In this document: one piece after another, positions 26,391 to 40,150 of the stretch
Position numbering within the stretch: position 1 is the stretch's first letter
Layout of the letters: every line of letters starts with the position of its first letter
Source: Eledone cirrhosa
Lineage: Eukaryota
Direction: 5' to 3'
DNA length: 64,000 nucleotides
NCBI GenBank assembly: GCA_964016885.1
Contig: OZ024750.1
Span: forward strand, 53,754,001-53,818,000
The notes under the pieces: generated by a model
What the model saw: the letters and a program-made list of their open reading frames with translations, nothing else
Databases searched by the model: none
What the model was told of the DNA's origin: nothing
Made by a program: the position numbers and the translations under genes

Positions 26391-26540
26391 TAATGCACTG
26401 TATTTTATTGGGAATATTGAAGGGAAACTAGAAATACTCAGGTAAACCCTGTATATAACAACACGACAACAGTAACAACTTGTAGAAGTGTTTGTTCATT
26501 GTTGACATATTCACATTAACATAGAATATATGTATATATA

Positions 26541-27432
26541 CAGAGTGCCGACGATATTTGTTCACAAGATTACTGTCTAGGAAAAAATAACACAGTAGTT
26601 TTATTTTTTAAGATTTATTTATCAAACTTGAGTCAGTTTGTCTTCATGACTTGTTCTTTCGATCTCACTCAATAAACCCGCCATTGGCTTTGATGACGGC
26701 CTCAAGGCGGCCTCGGAACCGGCTACAGGCCTTCCTCACTGTCCCCTGACTTAGACCCCTAAAGGCACTTGTGATCCTGGCCTTCAGATCATCTTTCGTA
26801 TTGCAGCTAGATCTGTTGGTGTCTCGTTCCACTGCGCCCCACACAAAGAAGTCGAGGGGGTTGCAGTCAGGCAAGCTGGGAGGCCAGATGTCAGGTGAAG
26901 TGTGGTCGACGAAGTTCTCTGACAGCCAGGCTTGGGTCTTTTAGCTGGTGTGTCAGGATGCTGAGTCTTGCTGCCACACGTACGGCCTACCTGCAGCTAC
27001 CTGGTCGATCCAGGGCTTTACTACCTCACTCAGAACGCGGATGTAGCCATCGGTGTTCAGCTTGAGGCCTCCAGGGAAGAAGTGAGGTGGCATGATGTCA
27101 CCTTGACTGCTGATGATACCTAAGACCAAAATTGTCGCTGGAAACTTTGTCTGCATGACTCTGGGCACGTCTTTGGATGAGACAGCGAGCCACCTGTTGT
27201 TCTGGGAGTTGATCTTCTGGTCTTATTTGTCCTCCCGGTGCGGATTCCAAGAAGAACTCCGTGTCTCTTCCACAAATTTGGAGGTTCAAAATTATTCATA
27301 ATCAATTATTCTGAAAATAAATAATGGAAATATAGTCATTGTTTTTATGAAGACAAGAGTGACAACGGAAGTAAAAAAAAATTGTATAAAATTAGCAGTT
27401 GAAAATTGCGAACAAATATCGTCCACACCCTG
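26541..27432 (-). mobile_element. Tc1/mariner DD37D (maT) transposon, internally deleted, dead transposase
   Basis: About 27-bp TIRs (CAGAGTGCCGACGATATTTGTTCACAA versus CAGGGTGTGGACGATATTTGTTCGCAA) with TA flanks. The - strand reads WQQD-37 residues-NPLD (WPPSLPDCNPLDFFVW) with two in-frame stops. Confidence 0.92.
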
Positions 27433-27631
27433 TATATAATAGCACACACATTAACATTATATATACACATGTATAAGATCTTGCATACACCATGATGTGT
27501 GGGTGTCATCATCATTTAACTTTTACATCATCTCATAAGCATCCTTCCTTCAATTCCTGATATAGTGATTGGGGTCAGTCCTCAATTCTTGGACCTAGTC
27601 TAGGTTACCCACGGATCTGACTTGTTTTACG

Positions 27632-28267
27632 CATGGATCTAATGTGGGTTAGCTGTGGACTTGACATGGATCTAATGTGGGTTAGCTGTGGACTTGACAT
27701 GGATCTAATTTGGGTTAGCTTTGGACTTGACATGGATCTAATGTGGGTTAGCTGTGGACTTGACATGGATCTAATGTGGGTTAGCTGTGGACTTGACATG
27801 GATCTAATGTGGGTTAGCTGTGGACTTGACATGGATCTAATGTGTGTTAGCTTTGGACTTGACATGGATCTAATGTGGGTTAGCTTTGGACTTGACATGG
27901 ATCTAATGTGGGTTAGCTTTGGACTTGACATGGATCTAATGTGGGTTAGCTGTGGACTTGACATGGATCTAATGTGGGTTAGCTGTGGACTTGACATGGA
28001 TCTAATGTGTGTTAGCTTTGGACTTGACATGGATCTAATGTGGGTTAGCTTTGGACTTGACATGGATCTAATGTGGGTTAGCTTTGGACTTGACATGGAT
28101 CTAATGTGGGTTAGCTGTGGACTTGACATGGATCTAATGTGGGTTAGCTGTGGACTTGACATGGATCTAATGTGTGTTAGCTTTGGACTTGACATGGATC
28201 TAATGTGGGTTAGCTTTGGACTTGACGTGGATCTAATGTGGGTTAGCTTTGGACTTGACGTGGATCC
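27632..28267. repeat. 33-bp minisatellite, about 19 copies
   Basis: Unit CATGGATCTAATGTGGGTTAGCTGTGGACTTGA. Confidence 0.95.
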
Positions 28268-29029
28268 CTGCATTGAATAGCCATATCGTAGCCTTGGATC
28301 CAGTGTGGTTTGAAAGTTGTGTACATTTGAATAAATACATCTACTTTTTAAGTTGTTTCTACTTTAAATATTCTTTCTCTCTCCCTCCCCTCTCTCTCTC
28401 CCCCTATATCTCCCCCTTCTCTCACTCACTACCCCCCTCCCCCATCTTCCTCTCCTGGCCATCTGGAATGTAGAACCATTGCAGTGTTAGTCTGCCAACA
28501 TTTCTTTCTCTCCTAAACCTTCTCTATACCTCTCCCCTCTCTTCATCAATCCCTCATCCACTGCTATCTCTCTCCCTCCCCATCTCTCTCTCACTTCCCC
28601 CATCAATTTCCCAAAACTTTTCTCTATCCCTCTTCTCCCCACCCCCTCCAATTTTATCTGACCATTTTAGTTTGTTTGTTTTTTAATTTTAAAGAGAAAG
28701 TCTCTCTCTCTCCCCACCTCCTCCTGCTCTACCACTCTCCTTTCCCCCTCTCTCTTATTTACAGATATATATATATATCACTCTCCTTTCCCCTCTCTCT
28801 TATTTACAGATATATTCAGCTCTCCAGTTGAACCCAGCTGTGTGTATCTGTTTTGGACTAACCCCTGTAAAAACAAAACCTTATCTATCACTACTGCCAC
28901 CCCAACACATCTCTCAACTCACACACATTCTGTCAGTTGTATGATATATGTCAGTCTTTCATACACAACACAGTAGATGTTTTTTCATTCCATTTATTAC
29001 AAAGTCATTTAACACTTTCATAACTGTAG

Positions 29030-29139
29030 GGTCAGAATCCTCTCTAGTGGAAGTAATATTTGAGGATTCTGCACCCAACACTGTCCCTGGAATAAGTGGA
29101 CAAAGAAGAAGAAAAGAAGAACCATTATCCACAGACTGA
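29030..29139 (+). CDS. Possible additional or terminal exon (weak)
   Basis: TAG acceptor after a moderately pyrimidine-rich run, then a short non-repetitive frame SESSLVEVIFEDSAPNTVPG...STD*. It is phase 1, so not directly compatible with the 25-kb exon. Confidence 0.25.
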
Positions 29140-29582
29140 GCTAATGTACAGTTGATGAAACAGATGTGACCTTAAGAACAAGGGTCATGTTTTGGCAGCT
29201 CTTGGTGATTCTCTAAACAATGTATTGTACAGAGGGCCCTTTAGTCCTGTTGGGACTTTCACATCCTCTCTAGGGCTGGTACCATGATAAAATGTACCCA
29301 GTGCATCCTGTAAAGTGGTAGTGCTGGTACCATGATAAAATGCACCCAGTACACTCTGTAAAGTGGTAGTGTTGGTACCATGATAAAATGCACCCAGTAC
29401 CCTCTGTAAAGTTGTGGCAGCATTAGGAAATGGATCCAGCCATTGAAACCAAACCAGAATATGGAACATATGAGCACGGTAGAACCTCGGACCCATCTAG
29501 TCCTGGACAGTGATGTATGATGTTTGAGTGCCCAGCTCACATATACACACATGTCTGAGGTATTACATACACACACACTTAA

Positions 29583-29797
29583 CCCTTTAGTATTCACATT
29601 ACTCTATATATACTATTATATTTTCATAGTAAAGGCTTTACCTCACATAATTATCTCACATAATATCTATGAGATTTTGAAAGTATTTACTTTGAGAACA
29701 ATACCTTAACATCAGTTTGAGCGACCAGTTACAGCCAGTTTCAACAGAAAGAGGTAGAGAATTCTGGCTGGTTTTGGCCGGTTTGAACATTAAAGGG
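29583..29797. mobile_element. piggyBac-type MITE (family 1)
   Basis: TTAA CCCTTTA...TAAAGGG TTAA. Confidence 0.8.
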
Positions 29798-30869
29798 TTA
29801 AGATAGAATCCTAACTAATCCACTCGCTAAAACCTATTAATCTATTATTACATGTATTTATTTAACATTTTATAAATAATTTAGTAGAAAATATCTAAAA
29901 ACAGGTTTGTTAATTCAAATGTCTTTAAGAGTAGGCAGATCTTTGTGAAAATTTATAGTATTAGAATAATTAGAGTAAAACTTAAATTTTAAATATCATT
30001 CTGTAATAGTGCTGGTTTGTGCTTTCAATAATATCTAGCTAACATAGTTTCATGTGGTGCAGAATGTTAAGAGTTACACTGTATTCCCTCTGCCATCAAA
30101 TATTATGTCTTAAATTGTCTTACATCTCACATTGTTATATTAAGATGTCTTCCATATTTCAGATGATGGTGTTGTTCTTACCATATTTATTATCTCTTAT
30201 TGTCTTGTCTTTCAGGATTCTAAATGTTACCATATTACCCTTTCATTACTATATTTCTAATAAAAGACCCTGTCTATGATTTTCAAACGAATTTGAAAAT
30301 AATCAAGAATTTTAAGGGATTTATTAATATAATTAACCTTCTCATTAAGCTGGTGTTTGGAATATAACAAAGGTTCCCATATAAAATTGTGATGAAAGAT
30401 TTTTTTAGATAAATATATACACTTTAAAACAGTTTGGTGTCATAGAACCATTGGTGGTTTGATATCAAAATTTATTCATTGTTTGCTTCAGTAAAAACTT
30501 ATTTTTGTATATTTTGTTGTTGTTGCTGTTTTGGAATGGGTTTCCTTAGGTAAGGTGTATTTGCAAAATAAACATGTTACTACACACCTATTTATTGTAT
30601 AATAGACATGTGACTGCATAGCTATCTGTATAATAGATGATAGGTGGTGTAGGCTTCATAAGCTGCTGTAAAGGAAGTCCATGTAGGTGGTACTCCAAAT
30701 AAACATGACTGCACATGTAAGCATAGGCTCCACAAACCATAGTGAAACATGACTGCACATGTAGGCATAGGCTCCACAAACCATAGTGAAAGCTACTTGT
30801 CTTGGAGAACAATTACTCTGAATAAATACTGATACAGGTTCTAACACACAACTTACCTAGAGCTGGTGG

Positions 30870-31130
30870 CACAATAAAATACACCCACTCCATGCTGTAA
30901 GGAATGGTATCCATCTGTAGAAACTATGCCAAAATATTCCTGGGAGGGTTGTGTGGGCAGAGTCCTCAAGCATGCCTTCCAGCAGGTCCTATCAGAAGCA
31001 ACTGTCTCTGATTGATCCAGCTGGATCTTCAAACAAGACCAGCCAAGTTCATGGATCTTTTTCAACATGCAAGGGGTCTGCCCTTAGGTCTCCTGTCAGT
31101 TGGTTTTGTCCATAAAATCTGTCCTTAGAA
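30870..31130 (-). mobile_element. Old RTE-like LINE 3' fragment
   Basis: The - strand reads ETVASDRTCWKACL...PTQP and GQNQLTGDLRA-like text, typical of RTE C-termini. Confidence 0.5.
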
Positions 31131-31900
31131 ACATAGTATCGGAGCCTTTATCTCTCAATTCGGAGAAGTAGGGGATTTACCTGGAGCATATCTCTGAGTT
31201 ATGCACTTTATCAAATAATAAGAACCTTGTAGTGTTTTTAAAACATTCTAATTTAAAAAAAAAAGCAATATTTTTAATCTCGTGTTTCATTAGATTTCAC
31301 ATTAATATCATGGACACGGCATGATCAAATGGTTAAAGAATACACTTGACAACCACCAGGTCCCAGGTCCAATCCCACTTTATGGTGTTTTGGGGGTTAT
31401 TTACCATAGCCCCATGTTGACCCATGTCAGTGAAGCTGGGTTGGCAGAAACTGTTTCGAATCCTGTCAGATGGACAATACCTGTAATTTAAAATCCAGCT
31501 TTGTCACACAATCTCCCAACTACATGAAGGCTACACATATCTGTGGAATGCTCAGTCACTTAAACATTTCATGAGCAGGCTATTTCATTGATTGCACAAA
31601 TGAAACATTCATCATTGAAAGCAATGGAGGTCCATAATTCAATATCGTATAACACATACATACACATACTCATTACATACATGCACATGTATGTGTGTGT
31701 GTATGCATATCTAAATGTGGTTGGCATTAGGAAGGGCATCCAGCCATAGAAAACCAGCCAGATACAGTTCTATACAAGCGAGACATGGTCACCCGACCAA
31801 CCTTGCCTCAAGTGGGATAATTCCCGTCTAACCCATGCTAGTGTGGAAGATGGACATTAAGCGATAATGATGATGATATAAATACACACACACATATGGA

Positions 31901-31941
31901 GTGAGAAGAACCATTTCTTGTATAGATTTAACCTAATTATA

Positions 31942-31997
<56 letters not shown>

Positions 31998-32270
31998 TAT
32001 AATTAGGTTAAATCTATACAAGAAATGGTTCTTCTCACAATTATCTGCGCATATTTTTTGTCCATCACCAGAGAATGTCTTCACAAACCAACGTTGTCTT
32101 CCTGTTTTGTTTTTTGACATATTTACTTCTGCTTCTACAGATTGATTTTTCTCAGTTTCAGAAGATCCCATAATAAGGTGAAAGCAGAAATTCTTTGCTT
32201 AAACTCTAATCTGTACTAATAAATATTTGGTGTACAGGTTTATATAAGTATACACTCCTTTTGGGATTCG
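31901..32270 (+). mobile_element. Penelope-like pLTR remnant with 5' palindrome and decayed hammerhead (32154-32205)
   Basis: Perfect palindrome 31901-32038 around (TA)n. Motif AGTTT CAGAAGA ... GAAA GCA..TGC TT / AAACT. Related pieces at about 35005-35080 (+) and 60045-60180 (-). Confidence 0.6.
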
Positions 32271-32278
32271 CATATATA

Positions 32279-34570
32279 TCATCATCATTTTACGTCCGCT
32301 TTTCCTTGCTTGCAAGGGTGGGACAGATCTTATTAAGCACGGCATCTCTCCATTCATCACAGTCCTTTGTCATCTCCTCCATGAGCTTCAGCGATCTGAG
32401 GTCTACTCTCACCACCTCCGCCCATGTTTTTCGTGGTCTTCCTCGATAGCGTCTTCCTTCTACTGGGATTTCTTGGCACTTCTTCAACCAGCGGTCATCC
32501 TCCATGCGCATCACATGTCCATACCAACGCAGTCTTCTCTCCCGCACGCTACAGCCTATCCCTCTTATACACAGTTTCTCTCTCAACTTGTCTATGCTTG
32601 TTTGTTCACACACATTGACATTGCACATCCAACGGAGCATGCTTGCCTCATTTCTCTCAAGCTGTCGCATATCCTCTGCCATATCCGCTGCCCATGTCTC
32701 ACTACCATGCAGCATCGCGCTCCTCACACAGGCATCATATAACCGACCTTTCGTTCATAGGGAGAAACCTTTCTTTGTCAACAGAGGAAGCAGCCCCCTA
32801 AACTTCTTCCAATCCATCCTTATTCTGGAAACTATGACCTCGGAGCGCCTTCCTCCCTTGTTAATCTGATCACCTAGGTATCAGAAGATATCAACCACCT
32901 CTATAGGTCCTAACTGTATTTGAAAAAGTGTTTATCACTGCGACTTCTACTGTCAAATTTCGCTGTACATCTACTGAATATATAGTTTTCCCTACATGTT
33001 AGTTTGCCTGCTATCCCACTACATCTCTTGTGTACCCAAGATCTGCATTGTGTACATTTTATAGAGTTTATGCCAGTTCCTTTTCTGCATAACGAACATG
33101 GCCATTTCCCTGATAGAATCAGAGTTTTGTTCTCTTTTGTACTTATCAACACTTTTGTCTTGGCTAGGTTCACTCTCAATCCTCCCGATTCCAACTGCTG
33201 TTTCCATAACTAAAATTTATTTTCTAGCTCCTCTACTGATTCAGTTATAAGTACCAGATCGTCAGCATAGAGAAGTTCCCATGGGTAACCAGTCTTAACT
33301 CCTCTGTTATGGCTTGGAGGACTATAATGAACAAGAGTTGGCTGAGGACCGAACCTTGATGTACTCCTACTTGTATCTGGCATTCCTCACTAAACTCCAT
33401 TCCTACTCTCACTTTACTGACAGCACCCCTGTACATAGTTTGTACTGTCCTCACAAGCCATTCCTATACACCTAGTTTCCTTCGGGACCACCAGATGACA
33501 GATTAAAGGCCTTCTCTAGGTCAACAAAAGCTAAGTATAGTGGCTTATTCTTCTCTAAGAACTTCTACCTTTCCCAGGCACAAAACCAAACTGCGTCTCA
33601 TCTAATTTAACCCTTTCTCTAATTAGTTGCACTAGCATTCTTTCTGCCACTTTCTTAACCTGATTCATCAGTTTTATGCCCCTATAATTGTTCCTCTCTA
33701 GAGCATCCCCTTTACCTTTGTAGCAATTTATGAGAATACTGCTGCACCAGTCTTTGGGTATGACTCTGCCATATATAGCTTGGTTGATGATGCGTGCAAT
33801 CAATTTAGTTCCTACTTCTCCTGATTCCTTCAGCATCTCAGCAACTATCCCCGACGGTCCAGCAGCCTTACCATTCTTCATTTCTGTCTCTTGTACCCTA
33901 TATTCGTCAATCTCAATAGCTGGTCCCTCTGTTGGGTCTACTAGGGGTAGTTTCTCTCTCTCCCATTCTGAACATCAGTGACACTAAGTATACTTGCATC
34001 ATTTCGGACACACTTATCACCAACAACATCTTGATTTACACTGACACACTGCTTTGCAATGCTGAACACCGCCTGTCTTGATCTTCTCGTCGCAGAACAT
34101 GGACAAACCTACTGTCAGCTTCCCTGCGTGCTAAGTACATCTGGCATCTGGCTTTTCTTTTAGCGGCTGTGTATCGGTCTCTACTCCCCCCACCCCATTT
34201 TCCAATCCTTCCATGCTAGTCTTTTGTCTCTAATGGCTATATCTACCATTATGTTCCACCACCAGGACACCCTCTGTCCGGTCGGAGCTCTGCTCCAGTC
34301 ACAAGTTTCTTCAGTAGCCGGCAGTCAGTAGTCACATAAGAAATTTCAGTTATCATCTATGTCATACGATTCTAACTCATCTTCTTTTTCGTCATACACA
34401 TCTCATTTTGTCTCTTGCTTATTGAGATGTCACTAACGACTTACCTATACGTGGGGGGGGGGGGGTACATCCCCGGCGTATGTCTTAGTATTTGACATCA
34501 TTTCTCTATCTTGTTGCCTAACTAGCAAGAAGTAGTCAATCTGGCTTATATGTTCGCCTGATGGGTAGGT
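32279..34570 (-). mobile_element. Decayed RTE LINE (endonuclease end, RT, C-terminus, GAT tail)
   Basis: ORFs with GKAAGPSGI, KGKGDALERNNYRGIKL, VGVHQGSVLS, LHGSETW and LRWYGHV. Multiple frameshifts. Confidence 0.92.
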
Positions 34571-34614
<44 letters not shown>

Positions 34615-34618
<4 letters not shown>

Positions 34619-34930
34619 GTAATAAACAACATAAGGCAATTATTCCATTTACCAGTGGTTTCTTAAAAGCAAAAAATATTGCTTTCAATCCTCAGAATGA
34701 AAAAATCCTGGTCTGTTTATTGAATTTGGATTTTAAAATCCAACCAAATTCAATAAACAGACCAGGATTTTTTCATTCTGAGGATTGAAAGCAAAATTTT
34801 TTGCTTTTAAGAAACCACTGGTAAATGGAATAATTGCCTTATGTTGTTTATTACATAACTATTAAGCTCTGTTACCTACATAGAGCACTCTTTTTTCCTG
34901 CACTTTTCCGACGGAATTACTTCATTCATA
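34615..34930 (+). mobile_element. Penelope-like pLTR fold-back (element B): 115-bp arms plus about 70-nt tail
   Basis: 34615-34729 is the reverse complement of 34744-34858. Hammerhead in each arm, (TA)n flanks. Confidence 0.8.
34771..34830 (+). ncRNA. Type I hammerhead ribozyme (mirror copy 34643-34702 on -)
   Basis: TTTCATT CTGAGGA TTGAAAGCAA..TTGCTTTTAA GAAA CC-ACT-GG TA / AATGGAA. Confidence 0.85.
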
Positions 34931-35097
34931 CATATATATATATAAAAATTTAAAGGTATAGGAAAAACAAACGACTAGGCATATATATATATATAGTAAT
35001 AATAATAAATTTGAAGACTAAAATCAGTGGGTGAAAGCAGCGATTCTTTGCTTAAACTTTAATCTGTTATTTTAATAAATTAATATATATATATATA

Positions 35098-37470
35098 TGG
35101 TGGTGGTGGAACAGTAAGGTGGAGGAGTCAATTAAGACCAAAAAGCAGGCTTGGAAAGTATGGCGGGATGGGGGAAGTAGAGAAGGCTATCAAGTGGCCA
35201 GGAGGGAAGCTAGGAGACAAGTGTACTTCGCAAGAAGGGAAGCAGAGGAAAGAAAGTTCAAGCATGTTCTACAACACGAGGACCAAAAACGTAAGGTGTT
35301 AAGGATTGCTAGGCAATGTGTCAAGGAAAACCGTGATATTGTCGGGGAGAAGTGTGTCCGTAATGATAATGGTGTACTTGACATCACTGACGCTGATAAG
35401 AAAGTAGCTTGGAAGTGTCACTACGAGAGGCTACTAAATGAGGAGAATAAATGGGAGAAAGACAGTCTCCCCCACATCGATCCAATAGAGGGACCAGCAG
35501 TGTTAGTCGAAGGTAGTATAATAAGTAAGGCAATCAAAGCTATGAAGACAGGTAAGGCAGCTGGGCCTTCGAAAATAGTTGCTGAAATGCTGAAAGCATC
35601 TGGAACGGTGGGACACACTATGGTCACCCGGATAGTAAATGAAGTCATACAGAATGGGGTTGTTCCGAAGGACTGGCATAGCAGCATCATCATTAACTGC
35701 TACAAGGGTAAAGGAGATGCCCTAGATAGGGGTAACTATAGAGGCATTAAATTAATCGACCAGGTCATGAAGGTCACAGAAAAAGTAATAGCGCAACTAA
35801 TCAGAGAGAGAATCGATCTAGATGAAATGCAGTTCGGGTTTGTGTCAGGTAAAAGTACCACAGACGCTCTTTTCATTGTACGACAACTGCAGGAGAAGTA
35901 CCTAGCTAAAAGTAAACCCCTATACTTAGCTTTTGTTGACTTGGAGAAAGCCTTTGACAGAGTACCCAGCTCGATTATCTGGTGGGCCCTTAGAAAACTA
36001 GGTGTTGATGAATGGCTTGTGAGAGCTATACAAGCCATGTTTAAAGAAACAGTCAGCAAGGTTAGAATTAACAACGAATATAGTGAAGAGTTTAGTGTAA
36101 AAGTTGGTGTTCATCAGGGCTCCGTCCTTAGCCCCCTACTATTTATTATTGCCCTTCAGGCTATAACAGAGGAGTTCAAGACCGGCTGCCCATGGGAACT
36201 CCTATACGCAGATGATCTAACGCTCATAGCTGAATCAATGGCTGAACTAGAGAAGAAATTCCAAACATGGAAGCATGGCCTAGAATCAAAAGGCCTTAAA
36301 GTTAACTTGTCTAAGACTAAAGTTCTAGTTTGTAGGAAGGAAAATAGAGCACCGGTCCCATCTGGGAAATGGCCATGCTCAGTGTGTAGGAAAGGAGTAG
36401 GCAGAAACTCCATTTTATGTCCCAAATGCAAAGTATGGGTGCATAAAAGATGTAGTGGGATCACAGGTAAGCTAACTAAGGATATAGATTGTATATGTGG
36501 CCGGTGCACTGGTGCAATAAGTAGCAGCAAGTGCCCACAGAATACTAGCTCATTCCATTGCACAGATGGTTCTGTAGAAATAGTGGACAGCTTCCGTTAC
36601 CTGGGTGACAGAATCAGCAGTGGGGGAGGGTGTTCTGAAAGTACAGTAGCTAGAGTCAGAACGGGATGGAAAAGGTTCAGAGAGCTTATACCACTATTGG
36701 CCGCTAAAGGGTTCTCTCTAAAAATGAAAGGCAGGCTGTATGATCCCTGCATACGAACAACAATGTTACATGGCAGTGAGACCTGGGCATTGTGTGCAGA
36801 GGATATACGCAGACTGGAGAAGAACGAAGCTTGCATGCTCCGCTGGATGTGTAATAGTAATATACGTGAACGGCAAAGCATAAACGAACTAAGGGAGAAA
36901 TTAGGAATAAGAGGGATCAGATGTTGTTTACTCGAGAGAATACTACGTTGGTACGGTCATGTGATGCGCATGAAAGACGGCAGCTGTATAAAAAAGTGCA
37001 GGGTGATAAAAATAGACGGTAGCCACAGAGTAGGCAGACCTAGAAAAACCTGGGACGACTTGATAAATTCCGACCTCACACACTTACACCTCTCCAAGAC
37101 AATGTCACTGGACCGAGATCTTTGGCGCTACACAGTAATATAGAAGACCCGCCTTGCCCAAGTACAAAGCGAAATCTACAGTCAGTAGACACCTCTAACA
37201 AAAATACACCCCTGTCCCACTACCCCCACCCCATCCACGCCACCCCCTTCAATGTGAAGTTATGTTGGTACCACAACATCCAGTCCGAAACAAATGAGGT
37301 CGTGTAGGTGTCAGGACAAAAAAACACACAGTCCACGCTGTAATGTGGCCGTGTAGGTAAGACGGTAAAAACCTCCCAGTCCACACTGTAAACGTGGTTG
37401 GTGTTAGGAAGGGCATCCAGCCGTTGAAAACCCACCAGACAGTCCTATACGAGCAGGACAACCAATCTTG
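35098..37470 (+). mobile_element. Young 5'-truncated RTE LINE with 3' UTR and (GAT)n tail
   Basis: Starts abruptly at WWWN after (TA)n and lacks the endonuclease domain. The 3' UTR is shared with SINE tails. Confidence 0.95.
35119..37143 (+). CDS. Non-LTR reverse transcriptase (RTE clade), N-terminally truncated
   Basis: 674-aa open frame with FVDLEKAFDRV, GVHQGSVLSP, YADD (36205-36216) and YLG. The terminal TAG corresponds to CAG/GAG in sister copies, so it is probably a premature stop. Confidence 0.92.
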   Translation: MEESIKTKKQAWKVWRDGGSREGYQVARREARRQVYFARREAEERKFKHVLQHEDQKRKVLRIARQCVKENRDIVGEKCVRNDNGVLDITDADKKVAWKCHYERLLNEENKWEKDSLPHIDPIEGPAVLVEGSIISKAIKAMKTGKAAGPSKIVAEMLKASGTVGHTMVTRIVNEVIQNGVVPKDWHSSIIINCYKGKGDALDRGNYRGIKLIDQVMKVTEKVIAQLIRERIDLDEMQFGFVSGKSTTDALFIVRQLQEKYLAKSKPLYLAFVDLEKAFDRVPSSIIWWALRKLGVDEWLVRAIQAMFKETVSKVRINNEYSEEFSVKVGVHQGSVLSPLLFIIALQAITEEFKTGCPWELLYADDLTLIAESMAELEKKFQTWKHGLESKGLKVNLSKTKVLVCRKENRAPVPSGKWPCSVCRKGVGRNSILCPKCKVWVHKRCSGITGKLTKDIDCICGRCTGAISSSKCPQNTSSFHCTDGSVEIVDSFRYLGDRISSGGGCSESTVARVRTGWKRFRELIPLLAAKGFSLKMKGRLYDPCIRTTMLHGSETWALCAEDIRRLEKNEACMLRWMCNSNIRERQSINELREKLGIRGIRCCLLERILRWYGHVMRMKDGSCIKKCRVIKIDGSHRVGRPRKTWDDLINSDLTHLHLSKTMSLDRDLWRYTVI

Positions 37471-37546
37471 CCTTAAGTGGGTAAACTCCCGTCCAAACTC
37501 ATGGAAGATGGACGTTAAACGATGATGATGATATATATATATATGT

Positions 37547-37735
37547 GTGAATGAAGTGATTCCGTCAGAAAGGTCCAGGAAAAAAGAGTGCTCTATGTAG
37601 GTTACAGAGCTTATTAGTTATGTAATAAACAACATAAGATAATTATTTCATTTACCAGTGGTTTCTTGAAAGCAACCAAAATTGCTTTCATTCATCAGAA
37701 TAAAAAAATCCTGGTGTCTTTATTGACAGTGAATT
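37547..37735 (-). mobile_element. Solo copy of the element B family with hammerhead (37646-37705) and complete tail
   Basis: Reverse-complement homologue of 34750-34930. Core CTGATGA...GAAACCACTGGTA. Confidence 0.8.
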
Positions 37736-38525
37736 TGAAAAACAAAAATATAACAGATATGAAAGTGAGGCTGGAGGTAAAAGGGGGTGGGGAGAATAAT
37801 AAATAAGAATATTTAACAACACACACACATGCACACACACTGACATATATACATATATACACACATATATACACATATATATACACATATACACACACAT
37901 ACATATACATATATATATATATATCCATACATATATACACCAACATATATATATACATGCACACACACACACACACATACATATATATATATACATACAC
38001 ATACATACATACACACATACATACGTACTCACATATAAAAGGATACATATGCACACACACAAATAAGAATAAATAATCATAATAGGCCGTCACATACAAA
38101 TAAGCAATTAAAAAATAAGGATTAAGAAAATAAAAAAATAAAAAATATTAAGTTGACAGCGATACAAGACAGCAAAATTTAAAATTAAAATAAAAAATAA
38201 TAAAAATAATAATAATAAATGACCAAACGCACGTGGTAAGCAAATGCACAAAAAAAACCTAAATATATATATAAATGAAACACACACATATATATATGTG
38301 TACATACACAGACACACATATATATACATATACACACACACACATACGCATACATATAAATATACAAGCACACCCCATACATATAAACACAGCACAGACA
38401 CAAAAGAGTATATACATACAAATACATATACATGCACACATAAATGCATACAACCACATACACACATATAGTATAAACATTTCTTAATATTGAAAAAAAT
38501 CCTAAGCTCTTCATCTCTCCTCCAC

Positions 38526-38559
<34 letters not shown>

Positions 38560-38631
38560 GTGTCACATAGTCACTCTATCTGTCTGTAACTCTCTCTTCA
38601 CTCTCTCTATCTATCTGTATCTCTCTCTTCA

Positions 38632-38669
<38 letters not shown>

Positions 38670-39029
38670 TAGTTGAAGTGGTGGTGGTGGTGGCGATATC
38701 CCGGAAGTTGAAATTTGAAACTTTTAAAAGAAGTGAATCTTGAAATGCGTGAATACATTAAGTTATGTTTAATCATGTGGTGCAAATGTAGATAAATTAT
38801 ATAATATTCATTCTTTATTTATTCAAAGGGAAAGTTAACCTCAAATCCTCCCGATGTTAACTTTCCTTTTCATCCTTATGGGGTCGATAAAATAAAGTAC
38901 CAGTAATATACTGGGTAATTGCTGGCCTTGTGCCAAAAGTAGAAACAATTATTTGTTCAAAGTAATCCAGCTTCTTTTAGTAATGGGATAAAAATAATAT
39001 AAAACAGACACTGTGTTGGGTGCTTTTTG

Positions 39030-40150
<1,121 letters not shown>

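Noticed and set aside
34744-37735. Composite transposon with terminal inverted repeats carrying the RT gene
   Set aside because: The two flanking copies are clearly diverged from each other while the RTE is young and has its own tail. TA tracts and other fragments intervene, and there is no target duplication.
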